A stretch of DNA of 64,000 nucleotides, from IMG/VR virus record IMGVR_UViG_3300014039_000006. The stretch is one strand, 5' to 3'. This stretch comes from a virus. Of the stretch, positions 43,410 to 52,652 are shown in pieces. The first letter of the stretch is position 1. Every line of letters starts with the position of its first letter. Both the position numbers and the translations under genes were made by a program. The notes below the pieces were generated by a model that was given only the letters and a program-made list of their open reading frames with translations, had not been told where the DNA came from and made no database searches.

Positions 43410-43415
43410 TTACAA

Positions 43416-43574
43416 TTATTTCCCAATGCTTTTTAAATAAGCATCCAGGGATTTATCCAATATTTTACTCATTGGTATGCCGCTTTCGTCGGAATACTCC
43501 TTTAATCTCCGGTGTATTTCCTTGTCAATAGAACTTGAAATAAAAATACGGTTTTTCAATCTTCTGTCAGCCAT
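43416..43574 (-). CDS. Ribbon-helix-helix (CopG-like) protein
   Basis: 52-aa ORF not in the track, AAGGAGGTGA SD. MADRRLKNRIFISSSIDKEIHRRLKEYSDESGIPMSKILDKSLDAYL. Confidence 0.55.
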   Translation of the reverse strand: MADRRLKNRIFISSSIDKEIHRRLKEYSDESGIPMSKILDKSLDAYLKSIGK

Positions 43575-43702
43575 GTAATCACCTCCTTTGGTGGATTATA
43601 CAATAAAATTCCATATAGTTCAATAAGCTACTTGAAATTTTATCTAAAATGCTATATACTTATAGAAAAGTACATAAGCATTTATAAAAAGGAGATTGGA
43701 CT

Positions 43703-44278
43703 ATGAAAATTGGGTATGTGAGAGTTTCAACAGTGGATCAGAATGAAGATCGACAGATTGAGGGACTTGAAAAGTATGGAATTGAAAAATGGTACATGGA
43801 GAAGGTTTCCGGGAAAAACATGAACCGGGAGCAGCTACAGGAAATGCTTTCTTGCATAAAAGAAGGAGATACCGTTTATGTACATGATTTTAGCCGATTG
43901 GCAAGAAGTACCAAGGATTTATTGGAAATCGTAGAAGTCCTTAATAAAAAGGGCGTTCACCTTGTAAGTAACAAGGAAAACATTGATACGTCTACTCCAC
44001 AAGGAAAATTGATGGTAACAATGCTTGCTGCAATTTACGAGTTTGAGAGAACAAATATGCTTGAACGTCAGGCAGAGGGAATTGAAATTGCAAAGAGGAA
44101 AAAGGTTTACAAGGGAAGAAAGCCGAAAGATATTTCCAGAGAGCAGATAATTGACGGCCTTAAGAGATACAAAGACGGACTTGTTACGAAAAAGGATCTC
44201 GCAAAGGAAATCGGGGTTTCGATTCCGACGCTTAACAAGAACTTTGACGAATTTGATCTTGGGAACAGTAAAGAATGA
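43703..44278 (+). CDS. Small serine recombinase (resolvase/invertase family)
   Basis: MKIGYVRVSTVDQNEDRQ catalytic N-terminus and a C-terminal HTH. 191 aa. Confidence 0.9.
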   Translation: MKIGYVRVSTVDQNEDRQIEGLEKYGIEKWYMEKVSGKNMNREQLQEMLSCIKEGDTVYVHDFSRLARSTKDLLEIVEVLNKKGVHLVSNKENIDTSTPQGKLMVTMLAAIYEFERTNMLERQAEGIEIAKRKKVYKGRKPKDISREQIIDGLKRYKDGLVTKKDLAKEIGVSIPTLNKNFDEFDLGNSKE

Positions 44279-44421
44279 AAATTTTTGGAAAAGAAATAAA
44301 CGACGAATGTAAAAATTGCGGAAAGATTCTTGAATGCGAATTATTCCGTCAAGGTCACGGGATTGGCGTTGAGCGTACCAATGTATCAGAAATGGTACGA
44401 TGCCAATTAGACCACTATCAA

Positions 44422-44494
44422 AGGGATATCGCCAAGCGGTAACGGCACAGGATTTTGATTCCTGTATTCGTGGGTTCGAATCCCACTATCCCCG
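44422..44494 (+). tRNA. tRNA-Gln (anticodon UUG)
   Basis: Cloverleaf: acceptor AGGGATA/TATCCCC (A1.C72 mismatch), D arm GCC..GGC, anticodon arm CAGGA-TTTTGAT-TCCTG, T arm GTGGG-TTCGAAT-CCCAC. No encoded CCA. Confidence 0.8.
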
Positions 44495-44693
44495 TTTGGG
44501 TTACTTTTTCATAGCCCATGACATTTTCTCCTTTATACGTAAACCCACTAGCGGAAAGCTGTTAAGGACCGTCACAAGGTCCGGTGGGATTCTATGGATG
44601 GTGCATTCCATAACCGTAAAGACGGACACCAAAGAAATCCTTTCTAAGTGTTAAATGTACAGTGCCGGTTCTGATGCACGGAGCCGGTGCGCA

Positions 44694-44771
44694 TGGATAG
44701 TATGCAAACGGGTAAGCAAAAGGTCGAAAGACCGGATCAGCATTGCAAGGTTCAAGTCCTTGCCTATCCAC
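44694..44771 (+). ncRNA. tRNA-shaped RNA 1 lacking an anticodon loop
   Basis: Acceptor TGGATAG/CTATCCA, U8, D loop with GG, T arm GCAAGG-TTCAAGT-CCTTGC. The anticodon arm is replaced by GGTC-GAAA-GACC plus an 11-nt linker. Confidence 0.6.
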
Positions 44772-44941
44772 TCTCCGTAAGGCCATACGGAGCCTAGGAG
44801 CCGGTCATAGATATGTTGCAAGCAGAAATGACGGTGAAAAACTTATATTCGTGGTGAGAAGCTAAAACGTGAGACAACATAGCCGTTTGGTAGCGAATAG
44901 CATTCTTGAAGTTTCAAATGGGTTTATAGGGGATGCCATAA

Positions 44942-45057
44942 CGGATAGTAGCTCAATAGGAAGAGCAGTATTTGAAAAATGTGTTAACAAAACACTAACA
45001 GCAATTACTTTTTTCAGGGGCGCATACGTGTTGGCGGTTCGAGTCCGTCCTATCCGA
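44942..45057 (+). ncRNA. tRNA-shaped RNA 2 with an expanded, branched anticodon domain
   Basis: Acceptor CGGATAG/CTATCCG, U8, D arm GCTC-AATAGGAA-GAGC, T arm GGCGG-TTCGAGT-CCGTC. A 65-nt insert (TGAAAAA...TTTTTCA stem, GTGTT/AACAC hairpin) replaces the 17-nt anticodon arm. Confidence 0.6.
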
Positions 45058-45203
45058 TTTACAACGCACACAGCAATTACAATGGACAAAACAGATAATT
45101 TTGAAACCAATAAATGCGTTGTTTTTATACAACCCTAACAGCAAACAATAATTATTTTTCTTTGGGCAAAAATGAAAAACAAGGGTTGGGAAAGGTGAAA
45201 AAA

Positions 45204-46664
45204 ATGGAATTTTCAGAAGCAATGAGAAATGACGGGAAGTTTACAAGAACGGAAAATGGTGCTGTTGCGTTAAACACAACAGGAAATTCGTGCCTTGATC
45301 TTTTTGGAACGATAGGTTCATTAAGATGCGCTGATAAAGTAAGGATTGAAACCATGTTTGCGGAAGCATACAAAGAAAATCCATTACTTGCTACAAAATG
45401 CGTATTTTACGCAAGAGACATTAGATGCGGTCTTGGCGAGAGAAAAACATTTAGAACACTTATTAAGTATATGGCAGAAAATCACCCAGAATCTATTCGC
45501 AATAATATTGATTTGATTGGCTTTTACGGAAGATATGATGATCTTTATTCTCTTGTCGGAACGCAACTTGAAGATGAAATGTTTTCTTCGATGAAAGATC
45601 AGTTTGAAAAAGATCTGGACTCCATGGAAAAAGGTTGCGCAGTTTCGCTTCTTGGAAAATGGATTAAAACAAGCGCAACCAGAAACAAAGACGGTAAGCA
45701 ACTTGGAATTTTGACGGCTGAAAAATTAGGATATGAGAACAAAGAATTTAATATTCTTGTTCGTAAATTACGGTCTTATATAGGGATTGTTGAAAGGGAT
45801 ATGTCTGCCGGAAACTGGGATAAAATTAAATATCCGGAAGTACCTAGCCGTGCAATGATGCTTTATAGAAAAGCGTTTGAAAGACACGATGCAGAAAGAT
45901 TTTCGGATTTTACAAGAAAAGCGTTATCTGGCGAAGAAAAAATCAATTCTTCTACGCTTTACCCATATGATATTGTCGAAAAAATATTATATAGTGGAAA
46001 AAATAGTGAAGTATTAGAAGCACAATGGAAGCAACTTCCTGACTACGTGGAAAAAGGAACAAATGCTTTGGTTATGGCAGATGTATCGGGATCCATGTAT
46101 GGAAGACCAATGGCAACATCAATTGGCCTTGCAATTTACTTTGCAGAGAGAAATGTCGGTGCATATCATAATCTGTTTATGACATTTTCCAGTATGCCAA
46201 AAACAGTTGCCTTAAAGGGAGAAACGCTTGAACAGAAGATATGCAATGTGAGCAGAGCGAATTGGAGCATGAATACAGATCTTCAAGCGGCTTTCTATAA
46301 AGTCCTTGAAATTGCGAAAAAAAACAATGTTTCACGGGAAGAAATGCCAAAATCTATTATTGTTATTTCTGATATGGAAATTGATGCTTGCGGAGACGAA
46401 GACTGGTCTTTCTATGACAATACGGCAAAGAAATTTAATGAGTCCGGTTATGATATTCCAAACATTATTTTTTGGAATGTAAACAGCAGAAGCAATGTAT
46501 TTCACGCAGATGCGGACAGAAAAGGAGTTCAAATTTGCAGCGGACAGTCAACCACAGTCTTTAAGCAATTGATTGGTTGCATTGGCTTTACTCCGGTTGA
46601 AATGATGAAAAAAGTTTTATGCTCTGAAAGATACGAGAATATTTCGATAGTGGGGAAAGCCTAG
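45204..46664 (+). CDS. Ro60-like architecture protein (helical N-domain + vWA with MIDAS; resembles DUF2828 family)
   Basis: N-terminus FTRTENGAVALNTTGNSCLDLFGTIGSLR (recalled as the DUF2828 signature). ~300-aa helical region, then the DxSGS MIDAS motif in VMADVSGSMYG. Confidence 0.6.
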   Translation: MEFSEAMRNDGKFTRTENGAVALNTTGNSCLDLFGTIGSLRCADKVRIETMFAEAYKENPLLATKCVFYARDIRCGLGERKTFRTLIKYMAENHPESIRNNIDLIGFYGRYDDLYSLVGTQLEDEMFSSMKDQFEKDLDSMEKGCAVSLLGKWIKTSATRNKDGKQLGILTAEKLGYENKEFNILVRKLRSYIGIVERDMSAGNWDKIKYPEVPSRAMMLYRKAFERHDAERFSDFTRKALSGEEKINSSTLYPYDIVEKILYSGKNSEVLEAQWKQLPDYVEKGTNALVMADVSGSMYGRPMATSIGLAIYFAERNVGAYHNLFMTFSSMPKTVALKGETLEQKICNVSRANWSMNTDLQAAFYKVLEIAKKNNVSREEMPKSIIVISDMEIDACGDEDWSFYDNTAKKFNESGYDIPNIIFWNVNSRSNVFHADADRKGVQICSGQSTTVFKQLIGCIGFTPVEMMKKVLCSERYENISIVGKA

Positions 46665-46665
46665 A

Positions 46666-46767
46666 ATGATCTTGAATTGCATAAATTGTGGCGCACCGAT
46701 TGATAATACGAAAACGAAATGTCCGTATTGCGACACTCCGTATAAGTTAAATGGATTTACTGGTTAG
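46666..46767 (+). CDS. Zinc-ribbon mini-protein
   Basis: 33-aa ORF not in the track: MILNCINCGAPIDNTKTKCPYCDTPYKLNGFTG. Confidence 0.35.
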   Translation: MILNCINCGAPIDNTKTKCPYCDTPYKLNGFTG

Positions 46768-46943
46768 ATTTCAGAGGAAAGTGGACGTGGCGTATTAAAT
46801 ATAGGCGGTCATTTCTACGATGTTTATTTATCCAGTGTAGAAGTGAAAAATGATTGCTACATGGGATATAGGGATAACACAGGAAGACTGATAAGAAAAT
46901 CCGGGTACATTCACAGAATGTTTACATTGGAGACTTACTAAAC

Positions 46944-47432
46944 ATGATGATAAATATTTTGTTTCTCGTGGATTCAATAGAAGATGCCGCATTAGAAACA
47001 TACATAACTGAAAATGTCGTGAAAGATAAACGGGGAATTTTTGACATTGATTATGACAATGCAATGATAAGCATTAATAACATAAAAGTGTGGTTTTGCG
47101 CTCCAGAAGCTGAAAGATGCATTTCTCCAATATTGTTTTGCAATTGTGTAGTTGTAGATGTAAATACGGCTAAAGGAATTTTGGAAAAAGAAAATCTGCA
47201 AAGGATGTGTAAAACGATACCGTTTTATGACAGGGCGTGTTTTTATAAAACAATGATTGACGAATGGGAGAGGAAGAACGTGAAAAAGAGTATTATTGAC
47301 CGCTGGAAGAAACACGGAGAATTTACAAGGCGTTGCATGATAGCCGGATTTTCAAAAGACTTCATTCCTACACGTTTTGAATATGCGATTACAGGCACTA
47401 AACTTCATAAGTTGATTTATGGGAGAAACTGA
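46944..47432 (+). CDS. Hypothetical protein
   Basis: 162-aa ORF. Confidence 0.5.
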   Translation: MMINILFLVDSIEDAALETYITENVVKDKRGIFDIDYDNAMISINNIKVWFCAPEAERCISPILFCNCVVVDVNTAKGILEKENLQRMCKTIPFYDRACFYKTMIDEWERKNVKKSIIDRWKKHGEFTRRCMIAGFSKDFIPTRFEYAITGTKLHKLIYGRN

Positions 47433-47578
47433 TGTCAGAAAGAGAACTTAAGTTGAAAATTGAAGAATGTGCGGAACAGATAGCTAAGTCTTTGTGCAAA
47501 GGCAAGGATATTGAGATTCGAAAGTCTGCAAATGGAATCAGCGTTGCGGAAATAAGCAAGAAAGTTGTGAGACGATGA
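47432..47578 (+). CDS. Hypothetical small protein
   Basis: 48-aa ORF not in the track, ATGA-coupled. Confidence 0.4.
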   Translation: MSERELKLKIEECAEQIAKSLCKGKDIEIRKSANGISVAEISKKVVRR

Positions 47579-47751
47579 AAAAGAAAATAGAACGAATTAT
47601 TGACTTTTTGGATTCTTTTTTCTATTATCCAAAGATGAAGAGATATTTTATCGATAAGGGGTTGTTTAGCTACAATCCTTGGCAATATGAAAAATTTGCC
47701 AGAATAAAATATGCGTGGTGGCATTGTCACCATGGAAAATTGAGAGATTAA
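47575..47751 (+). CDS. Hypothetical small protein
   Basis: 58-aa ORF not in the track, ATGA-coupled. Confidence 0.4.
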   Translation: MKKKIERIIDFLDSFFYYPKMKRYFIDKGLFSYNPWQYEKFARIKYAWWHCHHGKLRD

Positions 47752-47835
47752 ATCTAACGGCACAACAGATATGGTTGTTGTGCAACAAGTCAAAATGGAG
47801 ACTTCTTTTATTTTGCAAAGGAGGTCTCTTTCTTT

Positions 47836-49587
47836 ATGTCTGTTGAACTCCAACAAACAGTTCAAGGTTATGAAAATTACATACAAAGAAAAGGCATAGA
47901 TGAAGAAGTCATTTATGCAATGCTAGAAGCGTCCACAGTAGCCATTAAGACGGAAAAGGATATTCAGTACGGACTTGTCCTTGCGGATAAAACCAAAAGT
48001 CTTATAGACTCATATACGGCATTGCATACAGACGGAGGAAGTATATGGGATCTTGAAGCATACGCTCAAAAGCACGAAACAGAGTACAAACTTGTTAATT
48101 GGGAATATGATCTTTTGTGGCTTGAAGCAAGAGAAAGATTTGAAAGTTTTATGCTTTACCTTGAAAAACGCCGTCCAGTAGAAGAAAGGTTTTATCAACC
48201 TAGAGTTATTCCGCTTAGAAGAGTTGCTAATGGCATTCAGGATCTTGTCGATGACAAACTGGACGAATTGTTTGTAAACTGCCCGAGCCGTGTTGGAAAA
48301 ACACAAATTGTTAAGTTGGGATTCGTTTGGTATGGATCTAAATTTCCAGAAAAATCCAACCTTTACACTGCATATTCGGACAAGATTACCGGCGGATTCT
48401 ATGACGGCATTCTTGAAATTATGACCGATCCAACATACACATATGCAGATATTTTTCCTGAAAACGTAGAAAAGAAGCTGATTACAGATGGAAAAGACAC
48501 AACGATTGACCTTATCCGAAAGAAAACTTATCCAACGTTTACCATGCGAAGTATTTATGGAACGCTGAACGGAGCCTGTGATTGTTCTGGAATGGGAGTT
48601 GCAGACGATTTGTTTAGTGGTATTGAGGAAGCATTAAGTCTAGATCGTCAGATCACCGTATGGGGGAAATTTGATAACAACTTTATGAAGCGTCTTAAGC
48701 GTAAGGCGAAATTGATTAATATGGGAACTAGATGGGCGCCTTTAGACGTTCAGGGAAGAAGAAGAAACCTTCTTGAAAACAAACCGGAATATAAAAACAG
48801 AAGGTGGAATGCGATTGTAATTCCGGCTTTAAATGAAAACGAAGAAAGTAACTTTGATTACCCGTATAATCTCGGATATTCTACCGAAGATTATTTGATG
48901 ATTCGGTCTTCTTTTGAGGAAAACGATGATATGGCATCTTGGTATGCACAGGATCAACAGGAGCCGATTGATCGTCATGGAGCATTATTTACCACTGACA
49001 ACATGAAATATTTTAATCCTACACAGGATTTACCGGATCGAGTACCGGATCGTATATTTGCAGCAGTGGATCCGGCATATGGTGGTGGTGACTTTGTGGC
49101 AATGCCTATTTGCTATCAGTTTACAACAGATTACTTTGTGGTAGATGTGGTTTACAACAACGGGGACAAAGAAGTTACAGTCCCGGAAGTAACGCAAAGA
49201 ATAGCTTTTCACCTTGAAAAATTCGCACCAAAAACAGCAGAGGTGCATTTTGAGGAAACAAAAACAACTACAGAATACCGGACTTTATGCCAGGAAGAAT
49301 GGAAAAGATTAAATGCACCGGTAAATGCTACGCATGACGCAGCACCAAACAACATATCCAAAGTTGACCGAATAAAAAACCATGCTCCGGATATTAGGAA
49401 ACTGTATTTTGTTGATAGGGAGCATCGAACAAAAGAGTACAACCAGTACTTTCAGAACATATTGACTTTTAAAACAGACGGTAAAAATAAGCATGATGAC
49501 GGAATAGATGCCACGGCGCAGCTTTGCGATATGATTTATGGCAGAAGAAGAACACGAAACACTGTTATTATTCAGAGTCCAATTTAA
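47836..49587 (+). CDS. Terminase large subunit
   Basis: Walker A-like NCPSRVGKTQ, and the C-terminal nuclease motif AAVDPAYGGGDFVAMPICY...HDDGIDA. AAAGGAGG SD. Confidence 0.85.
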   Translation: MSVELQQTVQGYENYIQRKGIDEEVIYAMLEASTVAIKTEKDIQYGLVLADKTKSLIDSYTALHTDGGSIWDLEAYAQKHETEYKLVNWEYDLLWLEARERFESFMLYLEKRRPVEERFYQPRVIPLRRVANGIQDLVDDKLDELFVNCPSRVGKTQIVKLGFVWYGSKFPEKSNLYTAYSDKITGGFYDGILEIMTDPTYTYADIFPENVEKKLITDGKDTTIDLIRKKTYPTFTMRSIYGTLNGACDCSGMGVADDLFSGIEEALSLDRQITVWGKFDNNFMKRLKRKAKLINMGTRWAPLDVQGRRRNLLENKPEYKNRRWNAIVIPALNENEESNFDYPYNLGYSTEDYLMIRSSFEENDDMASWYAQDQQEPIDRHGALFTTDNMKYFNPTQDLPDRVPDRIFAAVDPAYGGGDFVAMPICYQFTTDYFVVDVVYNNGDKEVTVPEVTQRIAFHLEKFAPKTAEVHFEETKTTTEYRTLCQEEWKRLNAPVNATHDAAPNNISKVDRIKNHAPDIRKLYFVDREHRTKEYNQYFQNILTFKTDGKNKHDDGIDATAQLCDMIYGRRRTRNTVIIQSPI

Positions 49588-49601
49588 AGGGGAGGCATTT
49601 T

Positions 49602-50012
49602 ATGACAACACAGGAATACTTAAGTCAGGTAGAAAGATATAACCGCATGATTAAAAATAAACTGGAAGATATTGGAAAACTTCGGGCAATGGCTACGTCC
49701 ATTACTTTAAGTCCAAAAGATGTTGATGTTCAGAAAACAACGGAAAAAGATAAAATCGGATCCGTTGTTGTAAAAATTATCGACATGGAAAAAGAAGTTG
49801 ACGCCTTGATTGACAAAAGATGCCGCATTATTAATCAGATTGAAAGCGTGTCGGATCAGAATATGTATGAGGTTCTTGCGCAGAGATACATAAAAAACAT
49901 TCAGCCTAAGTCAATCTGCATTGAAAAAATTGGTTCGGAGAGACACATTCGCCGGATTTTAAGATCGGCAGAGACAGAGTTTGAGCGTATGTACGGAGCG
50001 GAATATATGTAA
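49602..50012 (+). CDS. Sigma-like / ArpU-DUF1492-type late transcription regulator
   Basis: YLSQVERYNRMIKNKLEDIGKLRAMA...MYEVLAQRYIKNIQPKSICIEKIGSERHIRRILRSAETEF (C-terminal region-4-like HTH). Confidence 0.55.
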   Translation: MTTQEYLSQVERYNRMIKNKLEDIGKLRAMATSITLSPKDVDVQKTTEKDKIGSVVVKIIDMEKEVDALIDKRCRIINQIESVSDQNMYEVLAQRYIKNIQPKSICIEKIGSERHIRRILRSAETEFERMYGAEYM

Positions 50013-50133
50013 TGTCCGCAAATGTCCGCATTTGTCATTATATGTCAGTTGAAATACGAAAAACCGTATTTTATAATTAAAATCGAAATAGTACCGATAG
50101 AAGTATTCCTCATTTGTATCACCCCAATGCGAG

Positions 50134-50161
50134 AGCACCGTCTTTGTAGATGGTGCTTTTT
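50134..50161 (+). terminator. Intrinsic terminator
   Basis: AGCACC-N12-GGTGCT followed by TTTTT. Confidence 0.65.
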
Positions 50162-50163
50162 GC

Positions 50164-50379
50164 ATGATGAAAAGAGATTTTATGAAATACAAACCCAAAA
50201 CCATATACTGTCCACAATGCAACCGCAAGGTAGGAACACATGATGGACGATCAACAAACAATCTTATTTGCAGATGTAAGAAGTGTAAAAAGAGAGTTAT
50301 TTATTATCCGGCAACTATGGAAACGGAAGTAAAGCCACTTCCGAAAAGAACCACAAGCAGCGGAATGACATTTATCTAG
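50164..50379 (+). CDS. Com-like zinc-ribbon protein
   Basis: IYCPQCNRKVGTHDGRSTNNLICRCKKCKKRVIY resembles the Mu Com family. The start may be the ATG at 50182. Confidence 0.5.
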   Translation: MMKRDFMKYKPKTIYCPQCNRKVGTHDGRSTNNLICRCKKCKKRVIYYPATMETEVKPLPKRTTSSGMTFI

Positions 50380-50387
50380 GAGTAATT

Positions 50388-51923
50388 ATGCAGACAGGAA
50401 GAACCGTTTTATACACTGATGTGCCAGAAATTACATACGATAACGTTATTGAAGTCTTAAGAAAAGCAATGTCGGGGCATACGGTCAATTCTGCAAGAAT
50501 AAAGTTTTTGCTTGAATATGATGCCGGATATCAGCCGATTTTAAGAAAGAAAATAGTACGTCCTGAAATTGATTGTCAATGTGTAGATAACGTAGCAAAT
50601 GAAATAACAGAATTTTGGTGCGGTTTTTGTGGAGGAAATCCGATTACCTTAGTTCAAAACGGAGATAGCACTAATCCTAGAATCGCAGAAGGAATCAAGG
50701 CATTAAACAAAGAATACGATTTAGCAAAGATAAAAACCAAAACGCAAGAAATATTTCGATATATGTTTGTTTGCGGAATTGGCTATGTACTGATTGACGT
50801 AAATACGGAATGGAAAAAAGGGAAAAGTCATTTTACTTACGATGTTCTGGATCCTAGAACGGCATTTGTTGTTAAGTCAAGTTATTACCCAGATCACAGG
50901 GTAATGCTTGGAGTTACTTATAGACATGATGATTCATCCGGAAATACATATTTTACTTGTTATAGTAAAGATGCTCGATATGAAATCAAGAATCAGGTAG
51001 AGCATATGGAAAGAAGCGGAGAAATCAATTTCCTAGGAACCATTCCGATTATTGAATATTTCAGATCCTATGATCGTATGGGGGTATGGGAAAGACAGAT
51101 TCCGGAAATGGACAACTTGAATTTGATGATATCTGATTTTTCCAATGATGTAGACCAAAACACACAGGCTATCTTCCATTCAAACGATATAGAATTTCCT
51201 AAAGTTACTGTAGAAAATGAAGATGGAACAGTTACAGAAGAAGTTAAAAAGCCCAAAAATGGAGACTGGTTACAAACGTTTACTACGTCAGAAGGAAAAA
51301 CACCGATTATTGAGCCAATATCAATAGATTATGATTATTCTGGAATGCTGAATAACATACAGGTAAGAAGACAAATGATATTGGAAAAATGCAATGTTCC
51401 GCAAAGAAACGATAATTCTGGTGGTAGTACCGGAGTTGCAATGAGCGATGCAACCGGATGGAGTCATGCGGAAATGGCAGCTTCAAAACAGCAGATGATT
51501 ATTGATTCTTGCAAAATGGAAGAGGTCGAAGTCGTTCTCGCAGCTATTAATATTTCCCAAGAAGTGGAACAGGAGAATCCGCTTAGGGAACTTAGCTTAG
51601 AAGATATAGAGCCAAACATTAAACGGCAAAAAACATATGAAATGTCAACGAAGGTTAATTCTATGGCAACTTTATTGAGTCATGGATTTAGCCTTGAAGA
51701 TGCGGTTAATTCAATTCCGTTTTTTGATGATCCTAATGAGGTTTGCTTGAGAAGTGGAGAAGGGATAAAGAAATACCAAGATAGTATATTCAATAAAACT
51801 TCACAGAATCAGGCACAAGGTGGAGAAGGAGAACAGAAACCAAACTCTGACAGGACAATGCAGGATCTTTCCGATCAGGTTTCCAACAGTCCGGTGATTG
51901 ATAAGAGCCGAACGGATAAGTAG
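50388..51923 (+). CDS. Portal protein (SPP1 Gp6-like)
   Basis: 511 aa, downstream of TerL. N-terminal pattern ...IKFLLEYDAGYQPILRKK...NVANEITEF...GNPITL. Confidence 0.8.
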   Translation: MQTGRTVLYTDVPEITYDNVIEVLRKAMSGHTVNSARIKFLLEYDAGYQPILRKKIVRPEIDCQCVDNVANEITEFWCGFCGGNPITLVQNGDSTNPRIAEGIKALNKEYDLAKIKTKTQEIFRYMFVCGIGYVLIDVNTEWKKGKSHFTYDVLDPRTAFVVKSSYYPDHRVMLGVTYRHDDSSGNTYFTCYSKDARYEIKNQVEHMERSGEINFLGTIPIIEYFRSYDRMGVWERQIPEMDNLNLMISDFSNDVDQNTQAIFHSNDIEFPKVTVENEDGTVTEEVKKPKNGDWLQTFTTSEGKTPIIEPISIDYDYSGMLNNIQVRRQMILEKCNVPQRNDNSGGSTGVAMSDATGWSHAEMAASKQQMIIDSCKMEEVEVVLAAINISQEVEQENPLRELSLEDIEPNIKRQKTYEMSTKVNSMATLLSHGFSLEDAVNSIPFFDDPNEVCLRSGEGIKKYQDSIFNKTSQNQAQGGEGEQKPNSDRTMQDLSDQVSNSPVIDKSRTDK

Positions 51924-51930
51924 GTGACCT

Positions 51931-52527
51931 ATGGACAAATTAAATGTATTGTCGTTTGATCGCTATTTTGGAGAAATGGAATTATCCGAAGAACAAAAGA
52001 AAATGAGGATTGAAGAAGCAGAAAAGTTTGAAAAAATGATGTTTTTTATCTTTGAACTGGTTTCTATTATGTTGGATTACCAATACATAAACAAGGAATA
52101 TTTGGAGCAAGAATTGAAACAGCGTTATTTAAACATAGCTGAAAAGTATTCCGGCATTGATGATTATGTAGAGGATTATGCACAGGAATTTGCTTCTTTA
52201 ACCATTCAGGTTACCTTAGAAAACCTGTCAGATGATTACTATACGTCAGAAGAGAGAGCAACTCTGATAGCGGAGAATGAAGCCAATAGCAATATCAATT
52301 ATTTTGACATGAAACAGGCTATTGAAGAAAGAAAAACAAAAAAGCGTTGGAAAACACAACGGGATAAGAAAGTAAGGGAAACACATAGACGGATTGACGG
52401 ACAAGAAATTGACATTGAAGACGCTTTTCTTGTAGGTGACAGTTTAATGAGGTTTCCAAAAGACATTTATTACGGTGCAAGACTTGAAGAGATAGCCGGA
52501 TGTAGATGTGTAGTTGAATATTTATGA
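51931..52527 (+). CDS. Minor head protein (Mu F / SPP1 gp7-like)
   Basis: WKTQRDKKVRETHRRIDGQEIDIEDAF...CRCV. Follows the portal gene. Confidence 0.65.
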   Translation: MDKLNVLSFDRYFGEMELSEEQKKMRIEEAEKFEKMMFFIFELVSIMLDYQYINKEYLEQELKQRYLNIAEKYSGIDDYVEDYAQEFASLTIQVTLENLSDDYYTSEERATLIAENEANSNINYFDMKQAIEERKTKKRWKTQRDKKVRETHRRIDGQEIDIEDAFLVGDSLMRFPKDIYYGARLEEIAGCRCVVEYL

Positions 52528-52652
52528 TATTAAGCCATTAGGAATTTTTCTAGTGGCTTTTTATATGCCCCAGAGAAGGGGTTTTTAAATTTCGCAAACG
52601 TCAGAGAAAGACGGAATAACGAGCAAAATTATTGAAAGAAAGAGGTAAAAAC

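Noticed and set aside
44275-45138. ORFs over the tRNA and tRNA-like cluster: 44400..44654, 44592..44786, 44862..45110, 44869..45138, a 56-aa ORF from 44275, and an antisense ORF with a good SD opposite tRNA-Gln
   Set aside because: All overlap cloverleaf or tRNA-like structures, and their openness is explained by GC-rich structured RNA. The ORF at 44275 runs into the tRNA-Gln acceptor stem. I could not support any as coding.
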